Assembly (NCBI GenBank): GCA_026770705.1 | Contig: JANJGN010000210.1 | Coordinates: 806,001 to 870,000, forward strand | Direction: 5' to 3' | Source of the DNA: Isurus oxyrinchus | Taxonomy: Eukaryota | DNA length: 64,000 bases | Shown: positions 34,229 to 46,588 of the stretch, piece after piece | How positions within the stretch are numbered: position 1 is the first letter of the stretch | Layout: the number at the start of each line of letters is the position of its first letter | Made by a program: the position numbers and the translations under genes | Notes under the pieces: generated by a model | The model's database searches: none | What the model was told of the DNA's origin: nothing | What the model saw: only the letters and a program-made list of their open reading frames with translations

Positions 34229-36843
34229 GTAAGTGACTCCAGCCACCATCCCCCTCACACCTGTTGCGACCTGTCCTAGCTAATGTTCACCCGCTGCTTT
34301 TTATTGTGATCAGTGTCAGTTCAGTCCCACGAAAAGGAAAACAGATGGTTTTCATAAGGAAACCTCTCTGTTGGCTTTTTCGATTTGGGGGCAGAATATT
34401 ATTCAGGAGCCGGGTCGAATGTCTAGGTGAAACTATGTCTGAGATCTGTCAGACTAGGCGATCAACGGGATCAGGGTGGGTGGAGGATGGAGTGTGGGGA
34501 CGTGAGGAAGGGGATTTTAAGTTTGGAGGAGCATGAGGGTTCGCTGCATCTGAACCATTATTAGTTTCACTGGTACATCGGGGACAATCAATCCCTCTGA
34601 TTCACAATCCTAATCATTTGTAAGTTTGGAATTGCTAACATTTATCTCTTTTGAATGTAGATTTTTGAGATACTGGATTGCTTTAATTTATCTGTATCTG
34701 TGATTTCTGCAAATTAAAACAACACAGAGCAGTGGGAGAGTGAGGATGATGCACTAAACTGCTAGAAGGGAACAGGAACATAAGAGAACAATGATAATCG
34801 AAACCAAGAGAAAGGTTGGATGATTTCTGGGGGCCGTTCAAAATTCTTCCTGGCACGAGGGTGGGGGGTGAGGTTTATGGAGGGACAGGCTGCAATGGGT
34901 CCAGTCTGGAATGCTAGGTAAACGCTTGGCCTCTTTGTTAGGGAAAGATCTAAATCCTTTGGAGTGAGTGCAACAAAGTTTCATCAGACTGATTGCTGAG
35001 ATAAAGTCTTACGAGAAGACATTGAGTTGTCTGGGTCTATATTGCCCCGGATTTCGAGGAATTGAGATGTAATCTCATTTGAAACATGTAATATGGAAGA
35101 CAGGGCAGATTCCCGGTGGATGTTTCCCAAGGCTGGTAAGTCTATAACTATGGGTCAAAGTTTCAGAATAAACATTCGGCCATTAGAACTCAGAAGAGGA
35201 GAAGTCAAACCATTGTTGTGAGTCTGTACCTCAGAGAGCTTTGGATACTCAGTGCTGACTGTACTTAGGACGGTATTCGATAGATCTTTGGATACTAAAA
35301 GAATGAAGGGATATGGGGGCACTGCTGTAATGTGATTTTGAGGATGGAGATCAGCGACGATGTTATTGAATGGCAGAGCAGGTTTGAAAGGTGCTATAGC
35401 GGCCTTTCCATCTCTTTGTTAGGTTCTCTGCTTTGATTTCTTACATTCCTGAGAAATGCAATCAGCAACAATCCACGTCTCTCTAGAACAATTGAACAGG
35501 CTGGGCCACTTTTCATTGTAAAAGAGGAAACCGAGGAGATATCAGAGAAACCTTTTAATTATGAATGTGTTCAATCGGGTGGATGTGGAGCAACTGGTAA
35601 TTTGTGGCTGAGTCCAGAGCAATAGGAGATTATTATAAGGTAGCCACTAATTGAACATAAAAGGCATTAAGAAAAATACATTTGCATGAACACATGTCAG
35701 AATGTGGAACTGGAGGTCACATGGAGTGGCTGGAGCAGAGAGCATTGATAGATTTATGGGAAGACTTCAAAATACAAGAGGAAGAGCGGAATAAACAGGC
35801 AGAAGGATGTGGACCGAATTGGTCATTTAGATTTCGGGCAGGAAGGGCTGGTTTGGAGTGTAAACATAGGCATCAATCAATTAGGCCGAATGGCCTGTTC
35901 CTCTTCTGCAGATTGTGTATAATGTAAAACCTTCGAGAATACTCCGCTCAGAGAACCAGGGACAGAATCAGTCAATGAGCGGAAAGAATTGAAATTGTCA
36001 GAGAGCCGGAAGAGACAGCTCCCAGTGAGTAACAGGGAAACCACTGCGGACACTGAACAGACTGATCCCAACCGACAAATGAGAAAGATTGGGACAAGTT
36101 CCCACGATTGCAAAAAGCGCAAACAGCACATTAACGTAAAATAAAGTGAGAGTAACTGTAAATATTTCAAATTAAAAGGACACGGAGAAATTTGGGCCCT
36201 CATGTTAGATGAATATAGAGAAACAGATCAAAAAGTTGATAGAAACTCCCGAGCAGTGGTCAACTCCAGCAAATGATTAACCTTTGACCACCTATGTTCA
36301 CTATCGGTTTGGCCCAATCAGTGCTGATGAATCTCATCAAGTTATTATGGATCTTGCTTTGATGCTAAACAGTTCGGTTAGTCTCGGGCAATCATTTTGG
36401 AAACTGATTGCTTCGCTGATAATAAAATGTTCCTTCTGGAAAAATAGAAACAGAAATGTAATATACATTACATGCTGCACTGCAGTTGAAATCCGGTCCA
36501 TCCTGTCGGTGCTGCCCCTCTAAAAATGCAACCCAATTATCCCCACTACTCTCTTTCCCCGTAGCCCTGTGTTTTTCCATGTTCCAACATTTATCCATTA
36601 CTCGTTTGGAAAACACCCTTAACCAGTTTCACCGTCTGTTCAGACAATGCATGCCAAATAGTAAGAACTCGCTCTGAAACACAAAATAATACCTCATCCT
36701 TTCACTGCTTCATATTTCAATAACAGTGAATGAAGTTAAAGCAGGTTATAAATTAAACAAACTCACCCAAAACCACAGCATCTACTGCGATTAACAAGTT
36801 TCCCAGTCTCTAAATAGATTAAGATCAAATTTTTCTCCTGCAG

Positions 36844-37149
36844 ATTCCAGTTCCATTGTATCCCAGAATCCGCCTGTCCAAACCTCTGCTGTGGGTGACA
36901 CCGTTTCTTTAAGCTGTGAGTATTCAGGTGTCTGTCAGTACACAGTACACTGGTACCGTCAGTCCCCAGGACAGGCTCCGGATTACTTGCTTCAGAGACA
37001 TGCTTCAGGAGAAGAGGATAAAGAAAACACTGTTGGGGGGAGAAGTTCTGCTTCTATCGATCCTGCCGAGAAAATCAGCCGGTTAAATATCTCCAAACTA
37101 CAACTGAGCGATTCCGCTGGGTATTACTGTGCACTGAGTCAGCGCACAG
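36844..37149 (+). CDS. Leaderless supporting TCR V delta of NAR-TCR
   Basis: ctcctgcag|(D)SSSIVSQNPPVQTSAVGDTVSLSCEYSGVCQYTVHWYRQSPGQAPDYLLQRH...LNISKLQLSDSAGYYCALSQRT. Open frame, non-canonical Cys in CDR1, no leader exon found nearby. Confidence 0.92.
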
Positions 37150-37188
37150 CACAGTGATACAGAGCACGGAGGGTGCCATACAAAAACC
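37150..37188 (+). other. Consensus 23-RSS of the supporting V delta
   Basis: CACAGTG + 23 nt + ACAAAAACC. Confidence 0.95.
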
Positions 37189-37207
37189 TGAACATGGAGG
37201 GATTAGA

Positions 37208-37246
37208 CACAGTGATAAAGAGCAGGGAGAGAGCTGTACAAAACCT
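37208..37246 (+). other. Second, tandemly duplicated 23-RSS
   Basis: CACAGTG + 23 nt + ACAAAACCT, 58 bp after the first, with homologous spacer and flank. Confidence 0.85.
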
Positions 37247-39681
37247 GAACATGGTGGGATTACAGACATACAATGACACAGAGTGCAGGGATATTGGGAA
37301 CTCAAACATTATTCACGAACATTTTCTCAAAGGTTGTCCGCATTTTACCGCACAGGATAAAGTGTTTAAACTGATCAGGTCTGCATTTCCTTCTCGCTCC
37401 TCCCACCCTTGAATTTTCCTCTCTGCCCAATGCTCCTGTGAATATACTTCATGAAATTATTTCACATTCTCACACTCCATTATTTCCCATGAATCGGTAT
37501 TTTACCGATTCATAATAACTCAAGTGAGTTTATTGCCACCTTTTTCTACGGGGACCGGGAGATTTTTTTCTCTCTCTTGTTTGGTCCAGTCCGCCTTTTA
37601 CCGATTGAGTTGATGAGAAGTCACCGCCTCCTGTGATTTCCCGGATTCTGCCTACGATCGGCTGAGAGATTCTCTCAACTCAACAGGACATTTACTGTCT
37701 GTTGGAACCGAAAACTGGGGCACCTCTCGACTAGAAAGGATTTAGATCCAGACATGTAAGATAGCATTTCCCACAATTGAGCGTAGCTGGGAGTGGCCTC
37801 TATCTGTGACACGGACCGCTCTGCACTCGGGACAAACGGGCCACACATGCGGACTGGAACAACACAGCCTCTTACAATCGGCCTGTTCTATTTTAATCAA
37901 CCGCCGCAGCCGCGCAGCGGGTTACTGGCCTCAAACATGACCGAAATCAAGTTTTATGAAGCTGATCAATGATTTCCCCATAATGGATGACGTCAAAATG
38001 CCTTCTATCAGTCACAGCCCATGTTTCACCCAATCAACCAGGGCCAGGGGGTCGGGGACCGGTGGGTGGGGTAACAGCCGGGAGTGGGGCGCCTCCAGCT
38101 CAGCTGATAGCCTGGGCATAAGAATGGAGGCTATTTGACTAAAGGATGTAATCAGGAGCGAAATGGTGCTGGGCAAATAAATTACAACTGTTTCAAAGTC
38201 TGGATTTAGCTCAGTTTAGGGCCCCATTGTTCATAATTGATATTAGAACATGCCTGGAGGCCGGATGTTACGTCACTATCCGTGTTCTCCTCTGTCTCCC
38301 CTGAGCAATTAGAGCTGCTCCGTCTGGTCTCACTACCTTCTCCCATTCCTCACTTAGATCAAGGGGGCGCTAATAAGATGATTTTGACCAGGTTCTCTCT
38401 TTCACCTGGTGACTCCTGTAAAGGGTACAAAGATATGAAGTCGAGGTAACTCTTTTTAGGCGAGGCCCCCAGAAGAAGTCCAGAATAAGCGTTGTCCACA
38501 AGTTGTTCATGCCCTGACAAGGTGTCTCAGGGAGTCTCCCAATGTGGTTCACTTCACAGGTGCAGCAACAATGAGCATGAAAGGGTGACCCCCTGTCAGT
38601 GGCGAGCGTCCCTTTAAACTGCGCTTGCAATTAACACCAAGATCGTGTTTTTTCCCCATCACCTGGACTCTGTTGGAGAGTGCTTTACTTGAAGCATTTG
38701 CACCAACCGCTGTGCAGCATCTTTAAGTAAAGGGAGCAGGCATTTTTGCAGCCTCACTGCGGCTCCCAGCTCTGACTTCAACTTCTTTATCGACATTACC
38801 TCGTGACCCCGAGTTCCATACTCCTCAGTTTGGGGAAACTTCCACCCAGTATCTGCCCTGTAAAGCCCCTGAAGAATACTATTTGTGTTCATGAGATCAC
38901 CTCTCATCCTCTTAAACTCTAGGGATTATAGGCCCGGGCTACTCAATCTCTTCCCATTGGACAATCCATTCATCTCAGGAATCACCCTGATGCACCTTTG
39001 CTGCACTCCTTCCAAAGCATCTTGATCTCTCTTCTGTAAGGACACCAAAACTTTACACAGTATTTCAGACTGGAGTCCATTTCAGTCCTCTCCTGCATAA
39101 AACTCACCCAACATCCTGGGGTCGGATTGCACTTTGAAAGGCGGCCAGAGATCATCCAATCCTTTTCTCCCTTTGGACGAGCTATTTCTTGCTGGTTGTC
39201 AATGAACATGCCACCAGTTTCTAATGGTTCCCTTATGTTCATGTTCTCCTTTATAAGATTAATGCATCATCCTTATTCTCTCACTGCACTATGTTGTTTC
39301 CATTAACATTAATCAGGGATACAGATAAATTACAGCAATCCCAACTCTCAACATCTGCTTTAAAATAGAGAGAAGTGTCTGCAGTTCCAAACTTTCACGT
39401 TTCAGCCTGAGGGCTGAAAAGGAGGAGAGTGATTGGTTCTACGAAGACAATTGAAAGATATGGCGGGGACAATGTCACTAATTTCAGTCATTGATTGTCC
39501 AATAATAAAATTCCATATTTACCCACATCAGGATCACTTATATCTGAAGTCCGTTGTGTCACTCTCCCGTTTTTCTCCCGGGTCAGGTATTGAACAAGCC
39601 ACTGCACGTATCCAAACTTGCCGCAGTTGTGTTGAGTTTATTCACCTGGTGCCTCATTCACATTGTACGGCTTGAGAGATT

Positions 39682-39990
39682 TGCAGCTGTTAACCGTTTA
39701 CACTGTTCAGTTTCTGAATTCCAAACAGAACGGTTAAACGAGTGGTTTCTGCAGTGCGGCCACCAACAGCTCGAAGACCGTTGATCAGCGGAACCAGTTT
39801 TAGTCACGTTGAAATCACACAATGGGACAAAATTAAAACACAATTTGCTGGAATTCAGAAATTGAACCGGATTTTATAGAATGAGCTGTTGGCTCTCTCT
39901 CTCTCTCTCTCTCTTTGCCTGTCTATTTCTCCCTGCCTCTATAGCTTTCCTTCTTTCCCTGTCTCTGTCTGGGCCTCTCTCCCTTTGTCT
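39682..39990 (+). repeat. About 300-bp non-coding segment duplicated at about 44247-44545, ending in a (CT)n tract
   Basis: Shared TGCAGCTGTTAACCGTT...CACAATGGGACAAAATTAAAACACAATTTGCTGGAA...GGATTTTATAGAAT. Confidence 0.85.
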
Positions 39991-40487
39991 ATTGCATTCT
40001 CCTTCCCTTTCTAAATTTCTGTCTTTGTTGTTGTGTCTCTCAGTTGTCTCTCGCAATCTCTCTCTCTCTCTCTCCCTCTCTCTCTCCCTCTCTCCCTCTT
40101 TCTCTCTCACCCCCTCCCGTCTCTCTCGTACACACACCTTCTGCTCTCTGCATCAATCTTTGTCTCCATCCTGTGACTCTTTCTGAGTGTCTCGGCATAT
40201 TTTCCTCCTTTTCTCTCCCTCATCTCTCACTTTCTCTCTTTCATTCTACTTTCCTTGGCTTTCATGCTCTACTTTCATTGGTTCCAATCGAAAGTGTCAC
40301 TTTTCCCTTTTTTGTTCAGAATCCGAAATATTCGCAAACTTGACTTTCTGTCAATAAAACGTATTAACTTTGGATGCAAATTTACAGCCGGAAAGCGTCG
40401 GTTTCTGATTCTGGTGCTGTCAGAGGTGAAGATTCAGTTTTCACAAAATGAACTCCCACCATTCAGGTTATATGGCAGCCTAGCGAT

Positions 40488-40826
40488 ATTTTCCGTACAG
40501 TGCCTATATCGGTTTGTATCACTGAATATTCAGCACACAATAAAACATCCCACTGTCACTCAGTTCTACATCTTTCAGGATTAAACTGAAAAAACGATCT
40601 GATACCCGGAGTGTTGAATAGATTCGGCCGCCCACACGCTCTGCTTACTGCCCTCCCTCTGAATTCATTTTGATTTTCAGTGTCAGCGCCTTCTCGTTTC
40701 TTTGGTGCCAGAAAAGATCATATCGGCGGCGACCTGTGGAGTTTCAACAGGGCAATACCATTCATCCTTTCTCCAAACATGATACTGATGATGCAGGTTG
40801 CTTAATTGTATTTGAATAGTACAGAC
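40488..40826 (-). pseudogene. TCR V alpha/delta pseudogene with decayed 23-RSS
   Basis: SNTIKQPASSVSCLEKG*MVLPC*NSTGRRRYDLFWHQRNEKAL...GRIYST...FSLILKDVELSDSGMFYCVLN, three stops. RSS TTCAGTG-23-ACGGAAAAT at 40526-40488. Not in the ORF track. Confidence 0.85.
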
Positions 40827-43800
40827 TTTCGAATAGTCAATGAACAGAAGACAAATGGATGTTTAGATACTGGAGGCAACAATAAATCCTCGTTCCTTTC
40901 CTTCATCGCACCAACATTGTATGAGGCCATTCAGCTCATCGTGTCAGTGTAGCCTCTTTGGCAGAGGCACCAAATTGTTCGCACTTCACTGTTCACCCTG
41001 CTTTGTCTTGCAAAGGTTTCCATTTCAAGTAGTTACCCAATTATGTTTTTGACATTTGTTATTGAAACTGCTTCCACCAACCTATCCGGCAGTGCATTCC
41101 ACAACTCAACAACTTAGAGTGCAAATAAATGGCTGCTCAGGTTGCCTTTGATTCTTTTGCGAATTAATTCAAATCCAAGTTCTCTGATTACCGAGATTTC
41201 CGCCGGTGGATGCAACTTCCCTTATTTATTCAACTAAAACAGCTGATAATTGTTAATATCTCCATCGCATGTCCTCTCAATCGTTCCTGTTCAACACAGA
41301 ACAACCGCAGATTCTCAAGTCGCTCCACAAAGCTAAAGCCTCTCATCAGCTGAAGCTTCCTAATAAATCTCTCCCGCACCTTCTGCAAGACCGTCAAATC
41401 ATTCATCAGGTGTGGTTCACATATTTATACACAACAGTCCAACTGAGAACTTAACAGCTTTCTAGAAATGTTTAGCAAAGCATCCTAATCCTATTGATAA
41501 AATCAAGAATTTAAAATCTTCTTTACAGCAGTCCCAGCCTCCACTACCAACTTCAAACGTTTGTGCACTTTGCAAAGTCTCCATCTCTCTGTTCCGACAG
41601 CGCCAATGAACTTGCATCATTATGTTCATATCGGATATCCTCATCACCTTCAGGCATGAAGAAAGTCAAACAGAGATAGGTGAGCAAAAATTATCTGGAG
41701 AGGTGCAGAAGGGCTAACTGCAAGATACAGAACCATATGTAGATAACTGTTGAATACCTTTAACAGAATGCACATCACTTAACTTGCTGGGATTGGAGGG
41801 TCTGGTGGTTGGGGGTTCCAAACAATTACATATTGTGTGGAGTCAGGATGTCACATCGGAAAGACAGGGATAGTTTTTTTGTACGGGCCTCTCGTTGTCT
41901 GGTGACGTTCTGTTTCCTAGAACCTAGCTATCCACAGTGCGGTCAGACAACTTCGCCTAGTGAATGGTTAAATGGACCGTTCTTGCAGCTTTATGTAAGG
42001 TAGCACATATCACATGCTTCCCAAAGATGTTTGTTATGACTTGGCAGGCCTGGATGTGTGCCAGACGGACCAAACCCACAAGGGAAACTTGGCCACGTTA
42101 TCACAGTTTTGCAATTTGTTTTTATTCCGAGACGTTTTGTGCACTGAATTCAGAAGTAATGAGCCTACTGGAACCTTTAGAGATTTTTAAAAACCATATT
42201 TAAACATATATTAACAACAGGAAATATTTCAAACACACACACATACGTTTAGAGTTGCTGAGTACTATAACAAATATCAAACTTCCTAATTTACCTGATT
42301 TCAACCTGCACACACCTATTGGGGAAATATTCTAAAATAGATTTTAAATTAAAATAAATACAAGCAAGCAAGGTTAGCAAAGGATACACTCGACAGCAGA
42401 ATTCCAAAGGCTTTTACCCAACTTTAGCTCCTCGACACAGTTGACGTTTGCTCACATGGTTAGAGGCTTCCCCAAGGCTATTTCACACACTCCTGTTAGA
42501 TCTTACATACTTCCTGAAACACGGGCCCCATTACCTCAGTGGGTTGAATGATTGTGAATATCGGTGTCAAGCAGATGAAAGGCAGCATGTTATCAGATTA
42601 AGAAACACACCAGCAACAGAGGCTCAGGCCCACAGCAAAAACTTCATAAATCCTGAACAATATGGTATTGGGCACAATCCACCCTCCGAGTGAACAGTGG
42701 AGTTACATGAGTCAGCCACCTGAAAAATTCAAAGGAATTTAAATCTCTGCGATCCATGTGTGGAAATGGCAGCTTCGATGACAGGCTGACAGGTTGTTCG
42801 ACATATGTCAATTTCCATTACCCCCCGAATCAACATCACTGAAGCAGATCACCAGGTCATTATCACCTTGTTCTTTGTGGGAGCTTGAGGTGGTAAATTG
42901 CCTGCCATGTTTCCCACATAAAGACACTCCAAAGCCTTCTTTGGTTGTAAAGTGCTTTTTAAAGTTCTGATGTCATGAAAGGCACTGTATAAATACATGT
43001 TCTTCTTTCCTTATTGTTCTTGAGAGGCATTTTGAGAATCAGAGCCAGAAGATGGGGTTGAGTTCTTTATACTAAGTGCAGTGTTAAACGTTACAATAAA
43101 ACTCACCATCTGGACTCTCCCTCCCTCTGTATTTTACTCTCTTTGTGTATCTTTGTGTCACTCTCTAGCTCTTTATTTCCATAACTCTATCTCTGAATTG
43201 TTGTGTGTCTTGAAGGAAGTTGAAGAAAGAAATATGCACACAAATTAAGGAATTTAGTAACAAACAGATTAATAATAATGGGGCTTGCGCAACGTAGTAT
43301 TACGTCAGTAGAAGAAGTATGTAAAGGGGCTAAGGGAATTGAGTTCCCACAATGTGCACTGTTGTCTTTATAAAGCAAAATGCAAATAAAAAAGAAAGGC
43401 AAGGTAACGGCGAATGAAACTGATCAGGGTGAGAAGTAAAGGCAGTGGAGCATCTAGGCATTGATGACTATAACAAAATATGCTCCAAGATGAGGATAGG
43501 GATTAATAAAATTTTGAGGGAAACCAACTAACCATCTGGTTGATTGAACGCTAGGCAATTCCAGTGAAGCGGGATGGTCGAGTGATTGAGGTAATGGGCA
43601 TAAAATAGAATAAATGAATGCTCACGTGCAATTGAACTCCATTCCTGGGAGTTTGTTTATCAGTGCTGCTCCTACTTTTGTTGATTAAAGAAAATGGAGG
43701 TAAGGTACTGAAGTTGATGGACAGAGCAACAATTCTCTTAGTAAATGCGGAGCAAGCTCGAGGGGCTGAATAGCCTCCTTCTGTTCGTGTACGGAAATAT

Positions 43801-44574
43801 TATGTCTCCAGATGCAGAGGTTAAGTTTGTCCCAGGGAGAGAGATGCAGAGAGGGGTCCGAAAAATAGAATGTTGGGCTGACAGGGAAATAACAAGCAAT
43901 TTATTTAAAGCAAAAAGAAATTTTGGCACAGTGTGTGACAATGACAGATAAGTTCAGGGGTTTAAAAGACGCTCTTGGAAAGTCAGTTGTTGAAGACGAT
44001 TGGGATTTAATTGGGGCAACTGAAGGCAATTGGGATTAAAACCATTAAATACTGTAGTGATAAACAAAACAATGTTGTAGAATTGGCGGGTATATGAACT
44101 CCTCGTATTTCTGTCTTACATCTCCCTATCTTTTAGCAGATTAATAAAAACAACTAATAAATAGTGGAGGTGAGTGGGGATGTTAGAGACTACCGCTCTG
44201 AACTACCACATTTTCTAACCACCTAGCCTCAATGCCTGAGGGACGTGCAGCTGTTAACCGTTCTCACTGTTCAGTTTCCCCAGTTCTAAACAGCAGTTAA
44301 ACGACCGGTTTCTGTACTGCGGTCGCTGACAGTTCGATGTCCGTTGCTCAGCAGAACCGGATTTAGTCAGACTGAAATTGCACAATGGGACAAAATTAAA
44401 ACACAATTTGCTGGAAATCAGAAATTGAACCGAAGGATTTTATAGAATAAGCGGCGGGCTCTCTCTCTCTCTCTTTGACTGTCTCTGTTTCGCCCTGCCT
44501 CTATATCTTTCTGTCTCTGTCCTCGTCTGCCCCTCTCTCCCTTAGACTAACAGTTGCGTCAAATCTGGGTGTGA

Positions 44575-44808
44575 TTTACAGGGACATTATAGAGGGAGCT
44601 TTACTCTGGATCTAACCCCGTGCTGTACCTGTCCTGGGGGTATTTGATGGGGACAGTATGCAGGAAGCTTTACTCTGTATCTAACCCCGTGCTTTACCTG
44701 CTCTGGGAGTGTTTGATGTGGATGTTATAGGGGAAGCTTTATTCTGTATCAACCCCGTGCTGTATCTGCCCTGGGCTTCTTTTTGACAACGTAGAGGGAG
44801 CTTTACTT
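44575..44808. repeat. About 70-bp tandem repeat, about 3 copies
   Basis: GAGGGAGCTTTACTCTGTATCTAACCCCGTGCTGTACCTGCCCTGGGAGTGTTTGATGGGGACAGT-like unit; single inverted relics near 4600 and 8650. Confidence 0.8.
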
Positions 44809-46050
44809 CGAGAGGGAATGAAATAGAGAAAGGACGCGCAGAGAGAGGACGAGAGAGAGATCGGGAGCATTAACTTTTCATATGCAACTTTAAAAATTAT
44901 ATTATTGTTCTAAAATGAGTTGGTTTTGTAGTTAAACCGACTGTCTTTTTTTTCCAGACCTGTTTGGCCGGACATTCAGAAACACAAGATCGTTTTTAAG
45001 AAATTGCTTTTTTACTGAAATAATCCTTTTCGGTTCAATCAAAGAAGTTCCTCGGGGTTATTTTCCTGTCGAACTTTTTAGCTTTTGATCTTTTATGCAC
45101 CCTGGCATTTGAAAACCAACTGCTAACTGAATCCTAACGGAAAGTTTTCTGCTCGTGTTTGCACCGACTGTATTACGTTCAATGTTACCGTGCATAACTT
45201 CGTTTCATCTAGTATGTTTCACTTTCAGTTAGGTTTAAACATCATTGCGTCAGATAGCTTGGAAATTGAAAATAAGATGATTTTGAAAATAACTTGATTT
45301 CTTTCACTATGTTGTCTGCTATGTTCCATTCTATTGCAGTTTTAGCTCCTTACTTTGCTCAGGAGTATTATAACAAATTAGACACATCTTGTGAAATTTA
45401 TCAATCGGTTTACTTTGTCTGTTTCTCTCTGTCTAACTTCATTCGATTCCATGGATATGTTTTGTCCAAGTAGAGATTAACACCATATCTCAGCAACTGT
45501 AATTTTTGATGATTCATATTTGGCACTAATTCCGATGTGTCAATGAAGAGAAAATGTCCACTAAATGGAAGCAACATCCTGTGCAGTGGGGAATTTGTAA
45601 TCAACATGGGAGATAAGAGTGACTGATGATTTAGTAGAAGTGCCAGCGAGATTTGATTTAATCACACAACACTTTTAAATGCTGCATTAAGAGGGCAGCA
45701 AAGACACCAAATATATCAGGGAATATATGAATACAGCCAGAAGTTGCTTCCCAACACGAATTACCTTGCTAGGCCATTCTAGAGGGCACTTAAAGCTCAA
45801 CTACATGGCTGGGGCTGCGGAGTCACATGCAGGCCAGACCACGTAAGGACTGCAGGTTCCCTTCTCGAAAGGACATTAGAGAATCAGATTTTTTATGACA
45901 ATAGATGATCGCCATTGGGACTAAGCTGTTTTCAATTCGAGATTGGTTTTATTAATTAATTGAACAGATTCAATTCCGCTAGTTGCTGTGGGGGGCCGGG
46001 GTGGGGGGGTGGGGGGGGGGGGAGTGAGATTGAACCCAGTCTCCACATCA

Positions 46051-46588
46051 GCACCGCCTGAGAGTTGGAGAAGTTTTGTAAAGCGGGGAGAACAGAATAG
46101 AATCAGGAGGATAACAATCCTGGAAATATTGCACCACATCATAAAGTAATCACGATGTAATACAACGCAGTCAACATCTGTAAGTGACAGACACCGGCAG
46201 GTCAACACGTTCCTAAGTGACCTAAGGCCTTACAGGGACCAGTGATATTGCCGCTACCCCACCGTCTTGCGTAACTGCTAAGATAAAGTGGCAATTATGT
46301 ACTCGCATTGCCGTGAACTTCACTACAGTGCCATTGTCCAACAATGGTGATGAAAAATAATGAAAACCATTTAATAAAGCAGAGATCAATTAGAGAAGTC
46401 TAAGAACTCTTTGTCGCTCAGATAACTTAGGAACGCGTGGACTTGCTGATGTTGCTCACTTTCAGATGTTGACTGTCTTGTATTACATTGTGACTACATT
46501 ATGATGTGATGCAATATTTCCAGGAATATTGACCTATTTTATTCTGTTCTCCCCGCTTTACAAAACTTCTCCAACTCTCACACGGAGC
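46051..46588. mobile_element. MITE/foldback-type non-autonomous DNA transposon with long terminal inverted repeats
   Basis: TGAGAGTTGGAGAAGTTTTGTAAAGCGGGGAGAACAGAATA from 46059 is the exact reverse complement of the sequence ending at 46580; imperfect pairing continues about 180 bp inward. Confidence 0.8.

Noticed and set aside
43568-43650. tRNA-like A-box sequence (also near 56820-56866)
   Set aside because: No cloverleaf or anticodon arm can be reconstructed.
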